Shown here: piece after piece, positions 1 to 10,853 of the stretch
Layout: each line of letters starts with the position of its first letter
Position numbering within the stretch: position 1 is the stretch's first letter
Source of the DNA: Camelus ferus
Lineage: Eukaryota
Assembly: GCF_009834535.1 (NCBI RefSeq)
Contig: NC_045697.1
Span: 102,674,001 to 102,738,000 of the forward strand
Direction of reading: 5' to 3'
DNA length: 64,000 nucleotides
Made by a program: the position numbers and the translations under genes
The notes under the pieces: model-generated
The model's input: only the letters and a program-made list of their open reading frames with translations
What the model was told of the DNA's origin: nothing
Databases searched by the model: none

Positions 1-395
1 ATTTGTGAAAGCACCCTTGAAGTCCCCTGATTCTCTCTATTTCACATCTGTGTATGTCTAGTCTTTCTTCGGAGGCATATGGACTAAAACACAAGTTACA
101 GACACAGGCTATAGTAGTAGCTTGGGAAGAACAATGAGAAACCCTCTTCAGAAACAAAGGGAGATACACATCAGTCACTTACCAAAGCAAGCATCCCCGG
201 GCCAGCATTGCAAAGGCCTCTTCCTCTGTGGGGAGGAAGTGCTCCTGGCCCTGGCCCTAGTTCTACTTCCTGGAAGTAATTCTCCAGACCAGTTTCTCCA
301 TGGCTCTGGCCTCTGCCCTCCTTCCTTTGTCTTATCCTCCTTGACTACATCTGCAGAGGCCACTGGACAACATGCCCTCCTTTGTGGCTGAGCAT

Positions 396-801
396 CATTA
401 AAGAAAAAATTATTCTGACCCTTGTTAACATGGTGAGGGAGACTTTATTCAGGACTACTGCGATAGTTGCCAAGACTATTATAATGGGAGAGAAACTGGG
501 CTTCACTCGAATACGACAAGGACCAGTAGGGATTTCGAGTCAATGAGCAGAATGAGGGGGTCAGTGGGTGGAAAATTACCAAGGGGAAGACATCAAGGGT
601 GGGGGAGATTCTTGCTAAACCGATGTAACCGGACTCTTGTTAAAGACAAGCCATGGTGACATCAAGGGTGGGAGATGAGGAATTATTTGATCCAGATATT
701 GAGGGTGATCAGATAACAAGGATGGGAGGCATTCTCACTAGAGTGGTGGTGGTTGGGGGGGGGGACCTAGTCAAAGAGAGAGCTCCTAAGGACGTTTGTC
801 A
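396..801 (-). mobile_element. Solo ERV1-class LTR (MER31/MER67-like)
   Basis: Starts (c)attaaagaaaaaattattctgac and ends tttgtca; flanked by a 4-bp TSD, GCAT (392-395 and 802-805). Confidence 0.7.
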
Positions 802-984
802 GCATCCTTCTCAGCCTACAGACATTCAGAGACCCAAAGGTAAGCTTTTATGTCTTGAACAGTAATTTTTGTTTTAAATTCAAGCTGTTGGCTCTTTTCA
901 CAGTCTCTCTCTGTCTCAGTCTCTGTGTCTGTCTGGCTCTCTCTTTCACACACACCCCCCCAATACTGTTGGCTTTATATCTAT

Positions 985-1085
985 TTAATTATTTTTTAAA
1001 ATTTTTAATTGTCATTTTAATTTTTTATTGAAGTACAGTCAATTACAGTGTGTCAACTTCTGGTGTACAGCACAATGTCCCAGTC
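985..1085 (-). mobile_element. Short L1 3'-end fragment with A-rich tail
   Basis: T-rich tail followed by ttttattgaagtacagtcaattacagtgtgtc...tctggtgtacagca, matching the other L1 tails in this window (5038-5347, 58200-58260). Confidence 0.7.
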
Positions 1086-1149
1086 TTGCTCTATTTGATT
1101 CTAATTAGATCCATGTGCCAATAGCCACACCTACAATTTTTTTCAAGCC

Positions 1150-2110
1150 CCTCCCCCGACCTCCCACTTACAAGCAGTTTGAGCTTATTGGTCTTTCATT
1201 GGCTTGATATGCCCTTAGCTCTTTCCCCTGAGCCATTCTGTCCAGCTGAGCGGATTTATTTGTGGGGAAGGGGATCCATAATACATTTGGAGGTTTTAAC
1301 AAGGGGTGTGGTAGCCACGCCCCTTGATTTATTCTTTGACCCAAGAGTAAGTTTTAATCGGCCACTGTTGCTCAAAGCATTTCTAAATTTTACCTTTTAC
1401 TGGTAGATGGGAGAAATGGTTACACAGTTCAACCCTGCAAGTCTCAACACTTCTAAATTCTCTTTTTCCTCTCTTCCCAGCTTGGCCAATTCTTTTCTGA
1501 GCTCATTTCTTCTTTACAGTCACTTGTCAAACGCATCTAATAGCAATTGTGGCACTGCAGTGACATTCTGTTTTACCACATCTTAACTGAAGGTCATAGA
1601 TACATTAAGCATACTTCTGCCTTTATCTAGGACAGCCATTATACAAAATAGTCACCACTCCGTATCATAGATTGCCATTTTTCCCCCGTCTTTAATTAAA
1701 GTTTCCTTGTCATACACTGGCCAGAAGCTAATGTCACCTCTCTTAGGATTTCTGTTACACAGCATTTCACTCTTTGTACCGAGTTGGCTTTGCTGTAATA
1801 ACAGATGACCCCCCAAATCTCTGTGGCACATAAAATAAAGGTTTACTTAGCACTATTGTTGCATGTAGGCTGCTGGTCCACATGGTTCTCATTTTCAGAC
1901 CCAGGCTGGAGAAGCAACCCCCTATATAGGACACGCAATCCTCATGGCACAGGGAAGGCAGTATAATAAATATACACACTAACCATTTAATGACACTTAT
2001 CACATCTGCTGAAATAAGATTGGCCAAAGGAAGTCACGTGACCAAACCCAATACCACTCTTTGATGAGTGGAAACTTCAGGGTACAAAGGTACAATTTTC
2101 CCACAAGGAA
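1150..2110 (-). mobile_element. Old MaLR remnant (MLT1-type LTR at ~1775-2110 with probable internal sequence to its left)
   Basis: MLT1-like motifs gctttgctgtaataacagatgacccccaaatctc and ttggccaaaggaagtcacgtgacc. Confidence 0.5.
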
Positions 2111-4269
2111 AGGAGAGCAAATAATTGGAGAAATAATAAAACTGACCACATTGATAAAGAATAGAATTTTTGAGAAATGTGTTTTTATCTCTTGGTATTG
2201 ACAAAGCAAGAGAATTAATAAGAGTTCAAAATCACTGCTAAAACTTTGATAAGGAGGAAAAGAGGAAACCAGACTCTGTGATTTCCCTTTGCTCTTAATT
2301 GCTTTGTTTTCACTCCCTCCCTTGTCACACATAAGGTGTAATGTATCGTATGGAATAAAAGAAAAAATGCTCCTTGTCAATTCTGCTCACTTTGCATTCC
2401 TTAGACCACCAAGAGCAGGGGACACTGGGTGGCAATAGGGTAGGATTATAGAGCCCACCTTTCAGGGACATAAGCTTATTCCTCCCACCTGCAATTCCTT
2501 AACTTTCACCAGCAGACCGGGCCAATTCCTGAAATAGCAGGCAGATAATAAGGCCATGTCTACCTTTCAATAATAACAGTTCTCAAAGTATATGTACAAT
2601 CTGCCTACAGATCGGTAGCTAAATGCCCAGTTGCCTTCTATGTTAGTCTTTTCCTAGGGTCCACTTTTAGAAGCAGAGAACAGGGCAGCTGTTAGTTTCT
2701 ACGTGCCTTTGTGCCAAAGAGGGAAAAAAGGTGTCTTCTCTAGGTGGACAAATTAGAAAAAGCACCATTAAAAGAAAAATGCCCCTACTTCCCATCTGGC
2801 GAATTAGTAAAAGATGGCCCTGTGGGAGAGCACATGGCTTAACTGAAGAAAGTACCTTTGTGGGATGAAAAAAAAAAAAAATGCACCCCTGGCTCCCGGC
2901 AAATGCAACCCTCAGCCAGGGTTCGGCTTGGCAAGTGCAACGTCGTTTGACTGCAGCCTCCACTCACCTCCTGGACCAGGTGCCTTTGTTCAGCGCACAA
3001 AAACACAATTATGAGCGACAGCCCTGCATTTGACATTAAGCATGGGATGCAAAAATCTCATGTTAAAACTTGTCCAAATGAACATTTTCTCCCAATAAAT
3101 TTCATTCTCAGCTTCTGCAGACCAGTGTTGAGTGGTTTAATTAAACTCCGCACCGATGCGAGCCGGTCACTTGCGTCCATTCTCTATTGAGAAAGGAGCC
3201 TTAGGTAACTTAGTGGTGCGAGCACAATAAGGCCTTTCTCTTCCGTGGAGGTAATATGTCATGTTTAGTGCCCTCTAATGGAGTTATTTATACACTTCCT
3301 TAATGCAGAAAAAAGCTGGTGAACTGGGGTTTGCAGATTTTCTTTTCTTTTCTTTTTTTTTTCCGTCTCTTTTTCATTATCGTTTTGCATTTTCTTTTCC
3401 TTTCTGGCTCCATCCTCCACATTCAGATCTTTACCTTTTCTTGTCAATTGCCAGTAACAGTATACTTGAAAATGTTTGCAGGATTTTCTCCAGACACCTG
3501 CTGTCAAGGACCACATGTAGGAGGCTTGTCCAGTAAACGGCCTCTCATTAGAGAGATTTGCCATATGCTATTATAAAGAAGTCATTCTTCAACCCTTTGC
3601 TTCACACAGCATCATATCCAGCCGTGCGAATGTACAGATTATTTGATGTTTCACAACACTCAGAAATGGAGTTTTAACAAAAAATGATCAACAAACTAAG
3701 ACTATTTACTTTTGGGAGAAGCCAGTGTCAAAGCATTGCAGCAGCCTGAACTGTAATGTGAGTTCTAATTTTTCACGTTTGAACAGTATCCACTCTGGCG
3801 ATGTGTGTGTTCAAAGTGCAGAAAGAGTGGCTGGTGACTTGTTTTTCTTAAAATCTACCTACTCACAGTAGAGGCAGTCATGAATAATCTAGGGCCACTC
3901 ATCAGAAGCCACACAAAGTACATAAAATGGAAAATAAAAATAAATAAATCAATGCTTGAAAAACCTACTCAGTTCTCAAGTTTATCAGTGCAATGTGAAA
4001 ATTTAGGTTTTAAATAATACTTTTTTGGGGGAAAAAACTTTATTAAAATTAAAGAAATTAATCTATTCACCTATCAGATGAGAATCAGTGTGGCTGGTTA
4101 TTTCATTGTAACCACATTGAGTTTATACGGCTTTAATAAAAATGGTTATAAATTTTCCCCACTGCACTGTGATCCTCTTGAGGATTCTAAGAGCAACTTA
4201 TGCAGGGATGACCACTCTCCACATCTTGTCCTTCTCAACTTTATTTGGTATGAAGAGAAAAAGAAGGAT

Positions 4270-4750
4270 GTTTTCAGTTAAAAGCGACAGAGATCTCAAA
4301 TCAGACTAGCCAGAATACTTAAAAGTAGAAATTATTTCATCGATTGAAAAGTCCAGAAGTCAGGAGGACTATAAGATGCGTTAAGTCAGTGGCTAATGCT
4401 GTTATCAGTCCTCCCCTTCTCCCTACTGTTGTTGGCTTTATTCTCAGGCTGGTTACAAGATGACCTTGGCAGTTTCAGAGCTCACACCCTACTAAGATAC
4501 AGATGATGGAGTTTTGCCTTCTGTGGGTCTCTCTTAGGAGAAAATGTGTCCTAGAGTCTCCCCCAGAAGCATCTACATCTCATTCCTAAGCCAATACTGG
4601 CAAAAGGAACGGAATGACCCTTCAGTAGAGCAGACCCACTGCTGGAGTATCCGTAGGTGCATGGCTCCACAGTGCAGGGGCAATACTTTCACAAAATTGG
4701 GTTTCTGATAAAAAAGAAGGAAGAAGATGGATGCTGAATAAGAAACCAAT
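4270..4750 (-). mobile_element. Degenerate MaLR (MLT1-type) LTR
   Basis: ttttcagttaaaagcgacagaga...ggctttattctcaggctgg...ggatgctgaataagaaacc resembles old MLT1 LTRs. Confidence 0.5.
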
Positions 4751-5037
4751 ACAATCCTCTCTGATAGCTAAATCTGCAAGTAGCTTAATTAATGTTAGTA
4801 AAAGTGCCTCCAAAACTGCTACTGAAATCCTGATCATAAAAACAAGAAGCTCTTTTTAACTCAAGGGATTGTCCAGGTTCTTCATGAGGTTTAATATAAA
4901 AAAAGGAAAAAACAGAAAAAGAAAAAGAAAAGAAAAGCCCTATACAGTCTCAGGAACGTACTTACTGAGCCCTTTCAACCTCAAAACCAAGAAATTTCTC
5001 ACTCACTATCTTTTGAGTTGATATCTTGGCTCCTTTT

Positions 5038-5347
5038 ATTTATTTATTTTTAATTTTTAAAAATTATTTTATTTTTATTGAGGTATAGTCAGTTTACAAT
5101 ATTGTGTTAGTTTTTGGTATGCAGCATGGTGTAATTCAGTTTATATATATATATATGTTCTTTTTCATATTCTTTTTCATTATAGGTTATTACGAGATTT
5201 TTTTTATTGAGTTATAGTGGGTTTACAATGTGTCAATTTCTGGTGTTCAGCACGATTTTTTGGTCATACATGAATATACATATATTTGTTTTCATATTCC
5301 TTTTCCCCGTGAGCTATTATAAGATCTTGAATATGTCTCCCTGTGCT
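5038..5347 (-). mobile_element. Two tandem L1 3'-end copies within one 14-bp TSD
   Basis: TSD tcttggctcctttt at 5024-5037 and 5348-5361; two homologous units, each beginning ttttattgag(g/t)tatagt...gtttacaat. Confidence 0.85.
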
Positions 5348-5549
5348 TCTTGGCTCCTTTTCATTGCCGGCTACTCACCACAGAGAAAGCTAAGTAGATT
5401 TATGGTCAATATGAAGACTTACTGAGAGTCTAAAAAATTATGGATCTTCTCAAAAGATAAGGGAAACATTTCCAGCTTACTGGCATTTACAATTTTTTTC
5501 TAACGTTACACTGACCAGCCCATGTGTAAGGATTCAACAAGTTTAACAC

Positions 5550-5712
5550 CTTGCTATTCAAAATATATTCCTTGGACCAGTAGCATCAGTGTCATCTGGG
5601 ATCTTGTTTGAAATGCAAAATCTCAGGCCCATTCCAAACCTACAGAATCTACATTTTAACAAGATTCCTAAGAGATTCATAAGCACATTAAAGTTTGAGA
5701 AGCAATACTATA
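5550..5712. mobile_element. MER5-type hAT-Charlie DNA transposon
   Basis: ggaccagtagcatcagtgtcatctgggatcttgtttgaaatgcaaaatctcaggccc...acattaaagtttgagaagca. Confidence 0.8.
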
Positions 5713-5913
5713 AGGTATATACAGACACTTCCTTGGTTCCTGGTGCCTAGAGGATATACACACAGAACATGAAATTTAGGAAATACAGTGTACTATAACC
5801 CATGTCTCTTTAGCTTTGAACTTGCAGAACAAAGAAATGAGTATTATGGACTCAGAAAACAAAATTCTTGCTCATCTCTTATCTCTGTTCCATTAATCCA
5901 AATACCAATATTT

Positions 5914-6022
5914 GGGGGGTGAGTATAGCTCAGTGATAAAGTGCATGCTTAGCATGCACAAGATTCTGAGTTCAATCTCCAATACCGCCATTTAAAAACA
6001 AAAACAAAAACTAAACAAACAA
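5914..6022 (+). mobile_element. tRNA-derived SINE (camelid Vic-1-like)
   Basis: gggggtgagtatagctcagtgata (A box)...gagttcaatctcc (B box), then an A-rich tail; homologous to 44235-44403. Confidence 0.85.
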
Positions 6023-6667
6023 ATATCAAGATTCCATTTAAACTCATTGACTTATGTGAAGGATGCTGGAAAATTGTGTGATCTGTTCTTCCAATCACAT
6101 AACAATCTGAAAATTCGGACATGGGTTTAATGGTACACAGTGGGAAGATGCAAGATCAGAACTTGCTTGGAGTCATTTATATAAATGCTGGCACTATTTC
6201 CACCAAATATGGACTCAGGGCAAGATGGAAGCCAACACATGGCTGGTGCCCAGTAAATACCCTCATGTTAATTTTTTTAAGTGATAATAAGGCTAAAGTT
6301 ACAGACTGAAGTTTGTTCCTATGGTTTGATCATTTGGACAAGTACAGTATGTTCAGAGGCTTATCTACCCCACAGTTAGCACACTCCCCTTCTTGGCATT
6401 TCTCTCATTTCCTCGAAAAGCCTTTTCTAGAGAAACTTTAGATCAGAAGCCAAAGAAAATTCAGCTCAATTTGCCCTGCTCCCCATGGAGCTCCCAATGA
6501 CTGAAGGCTTTCATTCCCTGCTCTCCCACATTAATCCTGGCTGTGCGTTTGCCACCATCAGTGTTTCCGTAGGTTTCACAGTGAGAAAGCAGTGGCTTTG
6601 CTGGGCTCGTCTACACTACGTTATCAGGCTGCTGCTTCATTTTCCTGGGCATTTGTTTTGCTTTTCT

Positions 6668-6711
<44 letters not shown>
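6668..6711. repeat. (TTG)14 microsatellite
   Basis: Perfect trinucleotide run. Confidence 0.97.
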
Positions 6712-6712
<1 letters not shown>

Positions 6713-7100
6713 TACTGCATTCTCTTGATGAAAAATATAACCAAAGATGCATAAAGGTATGCTCAAATCTGCAAGCGTAAGATCTACAAATATACAGACC
6801 CTAACACCTTACCTCCCCATCTCTGCCCTTTACCTGTTTTTTCTCAACTTTTCCTCCCATGCCCATGGCTTTTATAATATTTCATTTTTGTCCTACTCCC
6901 ACTCCCATCCCTACTGCCTTTCCTCTGAACAGATGACCTTGTCTCCTGCTTCACAGAGACATTTGAGGCTTCCAGGTAGGAAATCTTCTGGCTCTGACCC
7001 ATCAACTCCAATTTCTACACATCTCTACTTAACTTCCTTTCTCCAGGCTCTTCATATTCCATTTGCAGACTCATTCTTTTACCTCCACTCCTGATTCCTC

Positions 7101-7598
7101 CGTAGTAGGTTGAATGGCAGTCCCTAAAAAGACAAGTCCACGTCCTAATCCTTGGAAGCATGAATGTTATCTTATATGGAAAAAAGGGCTTTCAAAGATG
7201 TGATTGATTTAAGGGTCTTGAGATGAGGGAATCATCCTCCATTATCCAGGTGGGCCCTAAATTCAAAAACAAGTGTCCTTGTAAGAGAAAGGCAGAGGGA
7301 GATGTGAAACAAACAGAAGGGAAGACACCAGCACGTGGAGGAGAAGGCGACGTGAAGATGGTGGCAAAGACCAGAGTGATGATGCCACAGTCAAGGAATG
7401 TCGAGGAAAGTCAGCAACCACCTGACAAGAAGCTAGAAGAGACAATGCAGGGCTCTCCCCAAGCTCGGGAGAGAGGCAGCCCTGCTGCTACCTTGATTTC
7501 AGAATTCTGGCTTCCAGAACTATGAAAGAATAAAGTTCTGTTATTTTAAGCCACCAAGCTTTTGGTAATTGATTACAGTAACCATACAACCTAATATA
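7101..7598 (+). mobile_element. MLT1 (MLT1C/D-like) MaLR solo LTR
   Basis: (t/c)gtagtaggttgaatggc...gtccacgtcctaatcc...ttctggcttccagaactatgaaagaataaa...aagccaccaag...ctaatata. Confidence 0.9.
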
Positions 7599-7619
7599 CC
7601 TTCTTTGCCAGAGGAAGAT

Positions 7620-8150
7620 CTTGCTGCTACAATCAAACATCTCTACCTACAATGCCACTGAAACGCTCTTGCAAAAGGCACCTGTGTCCTCAAAGCTGCT
7701 AAAGCCAATAGACACTTCTCAGCTTTCATCTTATTTGACCTCATTGTTGTATCTGATACACCTGATTCCTCCCTTCGTGGACTATATTGTTTTCTTGAAT
7801 TCTAAAGTGCAACTCTCTCCTAATTCTCCTTTCTTCTCCTTTCCTTCTTCAACTCCTCTGTTGCTCCTGCTTTCCTATCATATAAACATTGCTAATTCCC
7901 AAAGTTCTTTCTACTCATGACCTTCTTCTCATTTATATGCTCTCTGGATAACTTCATCTTCTCCTGTGGTTTTAACTACCACCCATATTGATGAAAATCT
8001 AATCAATTTCTTGATACGATTCCTTTTCTGGGGCTCAAACTACATATAGCCGATTGCTTACTGGCTATATGTGAAGGGGTATCTACCTTAACATCCCATT
8101 AACACCTGAAATTTAATATTCCCCAAATTAAACTCATGGATTCCACCATC
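7620..8150 (+). mobile_element. L2 LINE fragment
   Basis: Pyrimidine-rich L2 ORF2-type sequence, e.g. gattgcttactgg...cacctgaaatttaatattccccaaattaaactc. Confidence 0.65.
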
Positions 8151-9049
8151 AGAAATGGGTAGAAATAGGAGTTACCACTGGGAGGCAATTCTCCATGGCA
8201 TTTTTACTACACATCTCAGATTATCTTTTCAAGGATATTAGCACAGCAAATAACCTTGGAAGATAAAAGGCAGCATTTCTCTCTGGGTCCGAAGGCAAAC
8301 AGGCTTCCCCAGCAGGAAAATAATTTCTCCCTCCTGGGCAAAGACTGGGCAGCTTTGCTAGCAGTGCCTTTAAGATTGGAGTGTTCCTTTGTGCAGAGTT
8401 CCTCATCTCTGACAGACCACTGTATGCTCGGCATTCGCCGAGTCTGCGCCACATTGTCCGGTAGACTCGGGGAATGAGAAGAATTGACGAAAAGGTGAAG
8501 CTTGTACTGCCTGCTGTGCTATGAGCAGCAACTGTCTAACTCTGGTTCACTGTTTCCTTATCAAGTGCGTGTATGGAAGTGTGGCCAGCCAGTCTGCAGC
8601 AGCAGTAGTCGCTGACATCTAGAGACTGCTTGGCCACATGATAGCTATTCACCTACACAGGGAAGGAGGGAGGAGATGGCCAAGATATTGAATAAAAAGT
8701 TTGGCATTGGGTCAGTAGAGGCTAGAGCTGGACATGTTTGAGCATACTAAAAGTCTGAGGACCTCAACTGAAGGCTGACCAAGAGCAGAGGTAGCAGACT
8801 CAACGGATCTTTGAGTACTTCAATCATTGAGGAAGTCACTCATTCTTTCTTAAAAGACACAGCAGAAATCTGCCTGCAGGGTGTGAAACAGAGGCCCGAC
8901 TCACATCCACCAGACTCCACCACTGCCACAGTGGAGGCTCTCATTACCAAATAAGGTGTACTGCTTGTGTCGGGCATAGGTAAATACCCAGGATCAACCA
9001 ACAAATAAACAAAAATGATCTTCCTCTTATATTCAGTTAAAGCACTATT

Positions 9050-9850
9050 TGCCATCCCCGAAGTCAAAAAAGCAGAATCGTTTTAAACTCTTCCCTTCCT
9101 TCTATCTTCTTTCCTAATCTCCCACATCATGCTATTGATCAAGACCTGTCAATTCTATCTCCATAACGTCTCTCACTTATGTCCCTTCATTGATCTTACC
9201 TTGATGGCTTTAGTTCAAGCTGTCATCACTTCATACCAGGACTCTTGTTACAGTTACCTAACCCATCTCTCTGCCTCAAGTTTTGTTTTCTTTAATTCAT
9301 TATCCACTTTGTGGCTACACTGATCACATCAGTCCCCTGTCTAAAACTCTTTGGGGGTTCCTGACTGCCTACAAGAAAAACTCAGTGCTGAAATGTGGTA
9401 TAAAAGCTCCACACAATCTGGCTTCTACCTGTATCTCTAACTGTAGCTCTCGCCCCTCCCACTGCATCCCTAAGTCATACTGAAACATCTCCCAAGCCTG
9501 TTCACACTCCACGCCTCTGCTCATGCGCCTCCTCTGTCCAGGGTGCCCTTCCTCTTCCTGGTGAACAGTTCACTTAGCTTCAGGGAATTCTTCAAATGTC
9601 ACCTCCTCTACAAAGTTTTCTTGTCACTTTCCCCCCCATGTGTTGGGGCCTTAACTGTATACTGTACACAGTTCAATCCTAGCATTGATGGACTTTATTA
9701 CATTTATGAATTTCCATGTTTATCCACCCTACTAGGTCATTGGATAATGAAAGAAAGAATCTGCCTTCTTTCAGCACCTTGTACAGTGCTGAACACAGAG
9801 GAAACATTCAAAACGATGCTTGCTAAATACATGAATGAATGAGTGGATAA
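9050..9850 (+). mobile_element. L2 LINE 3' region with terminal (AATG)n
   Basis: Ends gcaccttgtacagtgctgaacacagagg...tgcttgctaaatacatgaatgaatgagtgg. Confidence 0.8.
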
Positions 9851-10819
9851 AAATGTGAATCCTCTTTGCTGCCTTAGAGTCCTGCTGGGTGTGCCAAAGT
9901 GGAACGGAATGAACATGGCACCTCTTCCTACTGCACCAGATTCACACAATGGGAAGTCATTTGAAACATTTTAAATTAAAGTAAGCAAGGACTTGTTATG
10001 AATCATAGTATAAACGTTGCATTAATATGGAAGGTGAAGTGTTCAGAGAAATTCTTAATATGATTTGAATCACTTTGAGCTAAGGCCTGGACTTCTCCAG
10101 GGCAGAAGAATTTAGAGTTCATGTTCTCTATCATGGAGGGCACTTTAGTGTAGAAGTTCCTGAAAACATGTTAGAGGATTGTGTTTATTGTAAGCAATCA
10201 AATAGAATTCACAATACAGATATTACCAGCTGTGAGGGAGGAAGCCTGCAGAAGAGGGGTGCATCATCTAAGCCAGCAATACAGGAAGTTCTGGATCTAT
10301 ACCCAAAAATATATTCTGAGACAATTCTTCACACACACACACAAAGATTTGCCATAGAATTCTTTCAAATATCAAATTCTATGGCATTGAAAATCCAACT
10401 CAAATTATAACCATATGATCCCCTAACTATTCTTAAATACTAACAGCTTTATATTCCTGGATTTCAGGTCAAGTTTAGAAAGTCAGTGATGACAATTCAG
10501 AGACCTAAGTTTGTCCTGGGGACATGGGCTTTGCCTGCACCCTTGCTTCTAAGCTGTAGATAATTATCATACAAACTAGGGAAGAAGTTGACCCCTATAG
10601 TTTCTGAAAATCCTGAGTTGAAATAGAGACGAGGTAAATGTTTTAAATAGTTGATCATATTTGTACAGCATGAAATACTTTTAAGAAAAAATGACTAAGG
10701 TTCATCTACTCCAGAAACTTTTTTAAAGCTCTTTTTACTGGAAGAAAAAATTGTCAAAACAAGTTTAGCTCCATTAGAGCAACTAATGCCTCCTTAGGAT
10801 CCATTTAGAGATAAATTTA

Positions 10820-10853
10820 TGTGTGTGTGTGTGTGTATATTTCATGTGTGTGT
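10820..10853. repeat. Interrupted (TG)n microsatellite
   Basis: tgtgtgtgtgtgtgtg-tatatttca-tgtgtgtg. Confidence 0.85.

Noticed and set aside
742..765. G-run as a possible G-quadruplex
   Set aside because: Poly-G expansion inside a solo LTR with no independent sign of function.
1807..1815. GACCCCCCA GLI-variant site
   Set aside because: Falls in a standard MLT1 LTR motif, so it is explained by repeat ancestry.
5914..5990. Possible tRNA gene (also 44235-44310)
   Set aside because: The tRNA-like head is followed by an A-rich tail (with a TSD at the second copy) and is diverged, so it is a SINE and not a tRNA.
6485..6780. ORFs with poly-Leu or poly-Val resembling a signal or transmembrane segment
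   Set aside because: Artefact of translating the (TTG)14 microsatellite.
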